A stretch of 63,135 nt of DNA, filler included, from Sandaracinaceae bacterium (GTDB taxonomy: Bacteria; Myxococcota_A; Polyangia; Polyangiales; JADJQN01), in the NCBI GenBank assembly GCA_947483975.1. It is 3 parts of 3 records of this genome, joined end to end, with 100 filler letters (N's around TTAATTAATTAA, not from the genome) between each part and the next. Parts side by side here need not be neighbours in the genome. Positions count along the whole stretch, not along the records: positions 42,195 to 63,135 come from CANKOL010000049.1; 2 more parts are not named here. One strand, 5' to 3'. Position numbers and translations under genes: made by a program. Below the pieces are notes generated by a model. That model was not told where the DNA came from, did no database searches, and saw nothing but the letters and a program-made list of their open reading frames with translations. How positions within the stretch are numbered: position 1 is the stretch's first letter; each line of letters starts with the position of its first letter. This document shows, in pieces, positions 63,127 through 63,135 of the stretch.

Positions 63127-63135
63127 CTCGACCCG

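Overview
Very GC-rich bacterial DNA. The gene content (short OPX plus beta-barrel, Cys-rich lipoproteins, TSP3-OmpA, atypical Hsp70) suggests a myxobacterium (Myxococcota, probably Polyangia); this is inference. The window is not contiguous: two 100-nt N/TTAATTAATTAA linkers (21050-21149, 42095-42194) join three contigs of 21049, 20945 and 20941 bp. Contig 1 is a polysaccharide locus (WbpD/WbpE-like sugar enzymes, beta-barrel plus short Wza, Wzc, O-antigen ligase/Wzy-like). It is interrupted by a ~7-kb accessory island containing a symmetric phased 21-bp repeat array, an unknown gene coupled to a HerA/DUF853-like ATPase, a relic second copy of that ATPase's 3' end, three toxin-antitoxin pairs and a REP-flanked RAYT transposase. 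A VapBC pair and a decayed Fic gene lie outside the island. Contig 2 carries housekeeping and signalling genes (GT2, HD-GYP regulator, acyl-CoA ligase, ABC1 kinase, PilJ/NarX-type kinase, SPFH, murJ, OmpA, Hsp70) and a putative NlpC/P60-like lipoprotein. Contig 3 carries a clade I-type, Tat-exported and apparently lipidated nitrous oxide reductase operon (nosZ-nosR-nosD), tamAB-glmM-acyltransferase, amine-catabolism genes and a TetR module with its probable operator. The best candidate for an undescribed system is the repeat array / unknown protein / ATPase / TA-cassette unit at ~9080-13490.
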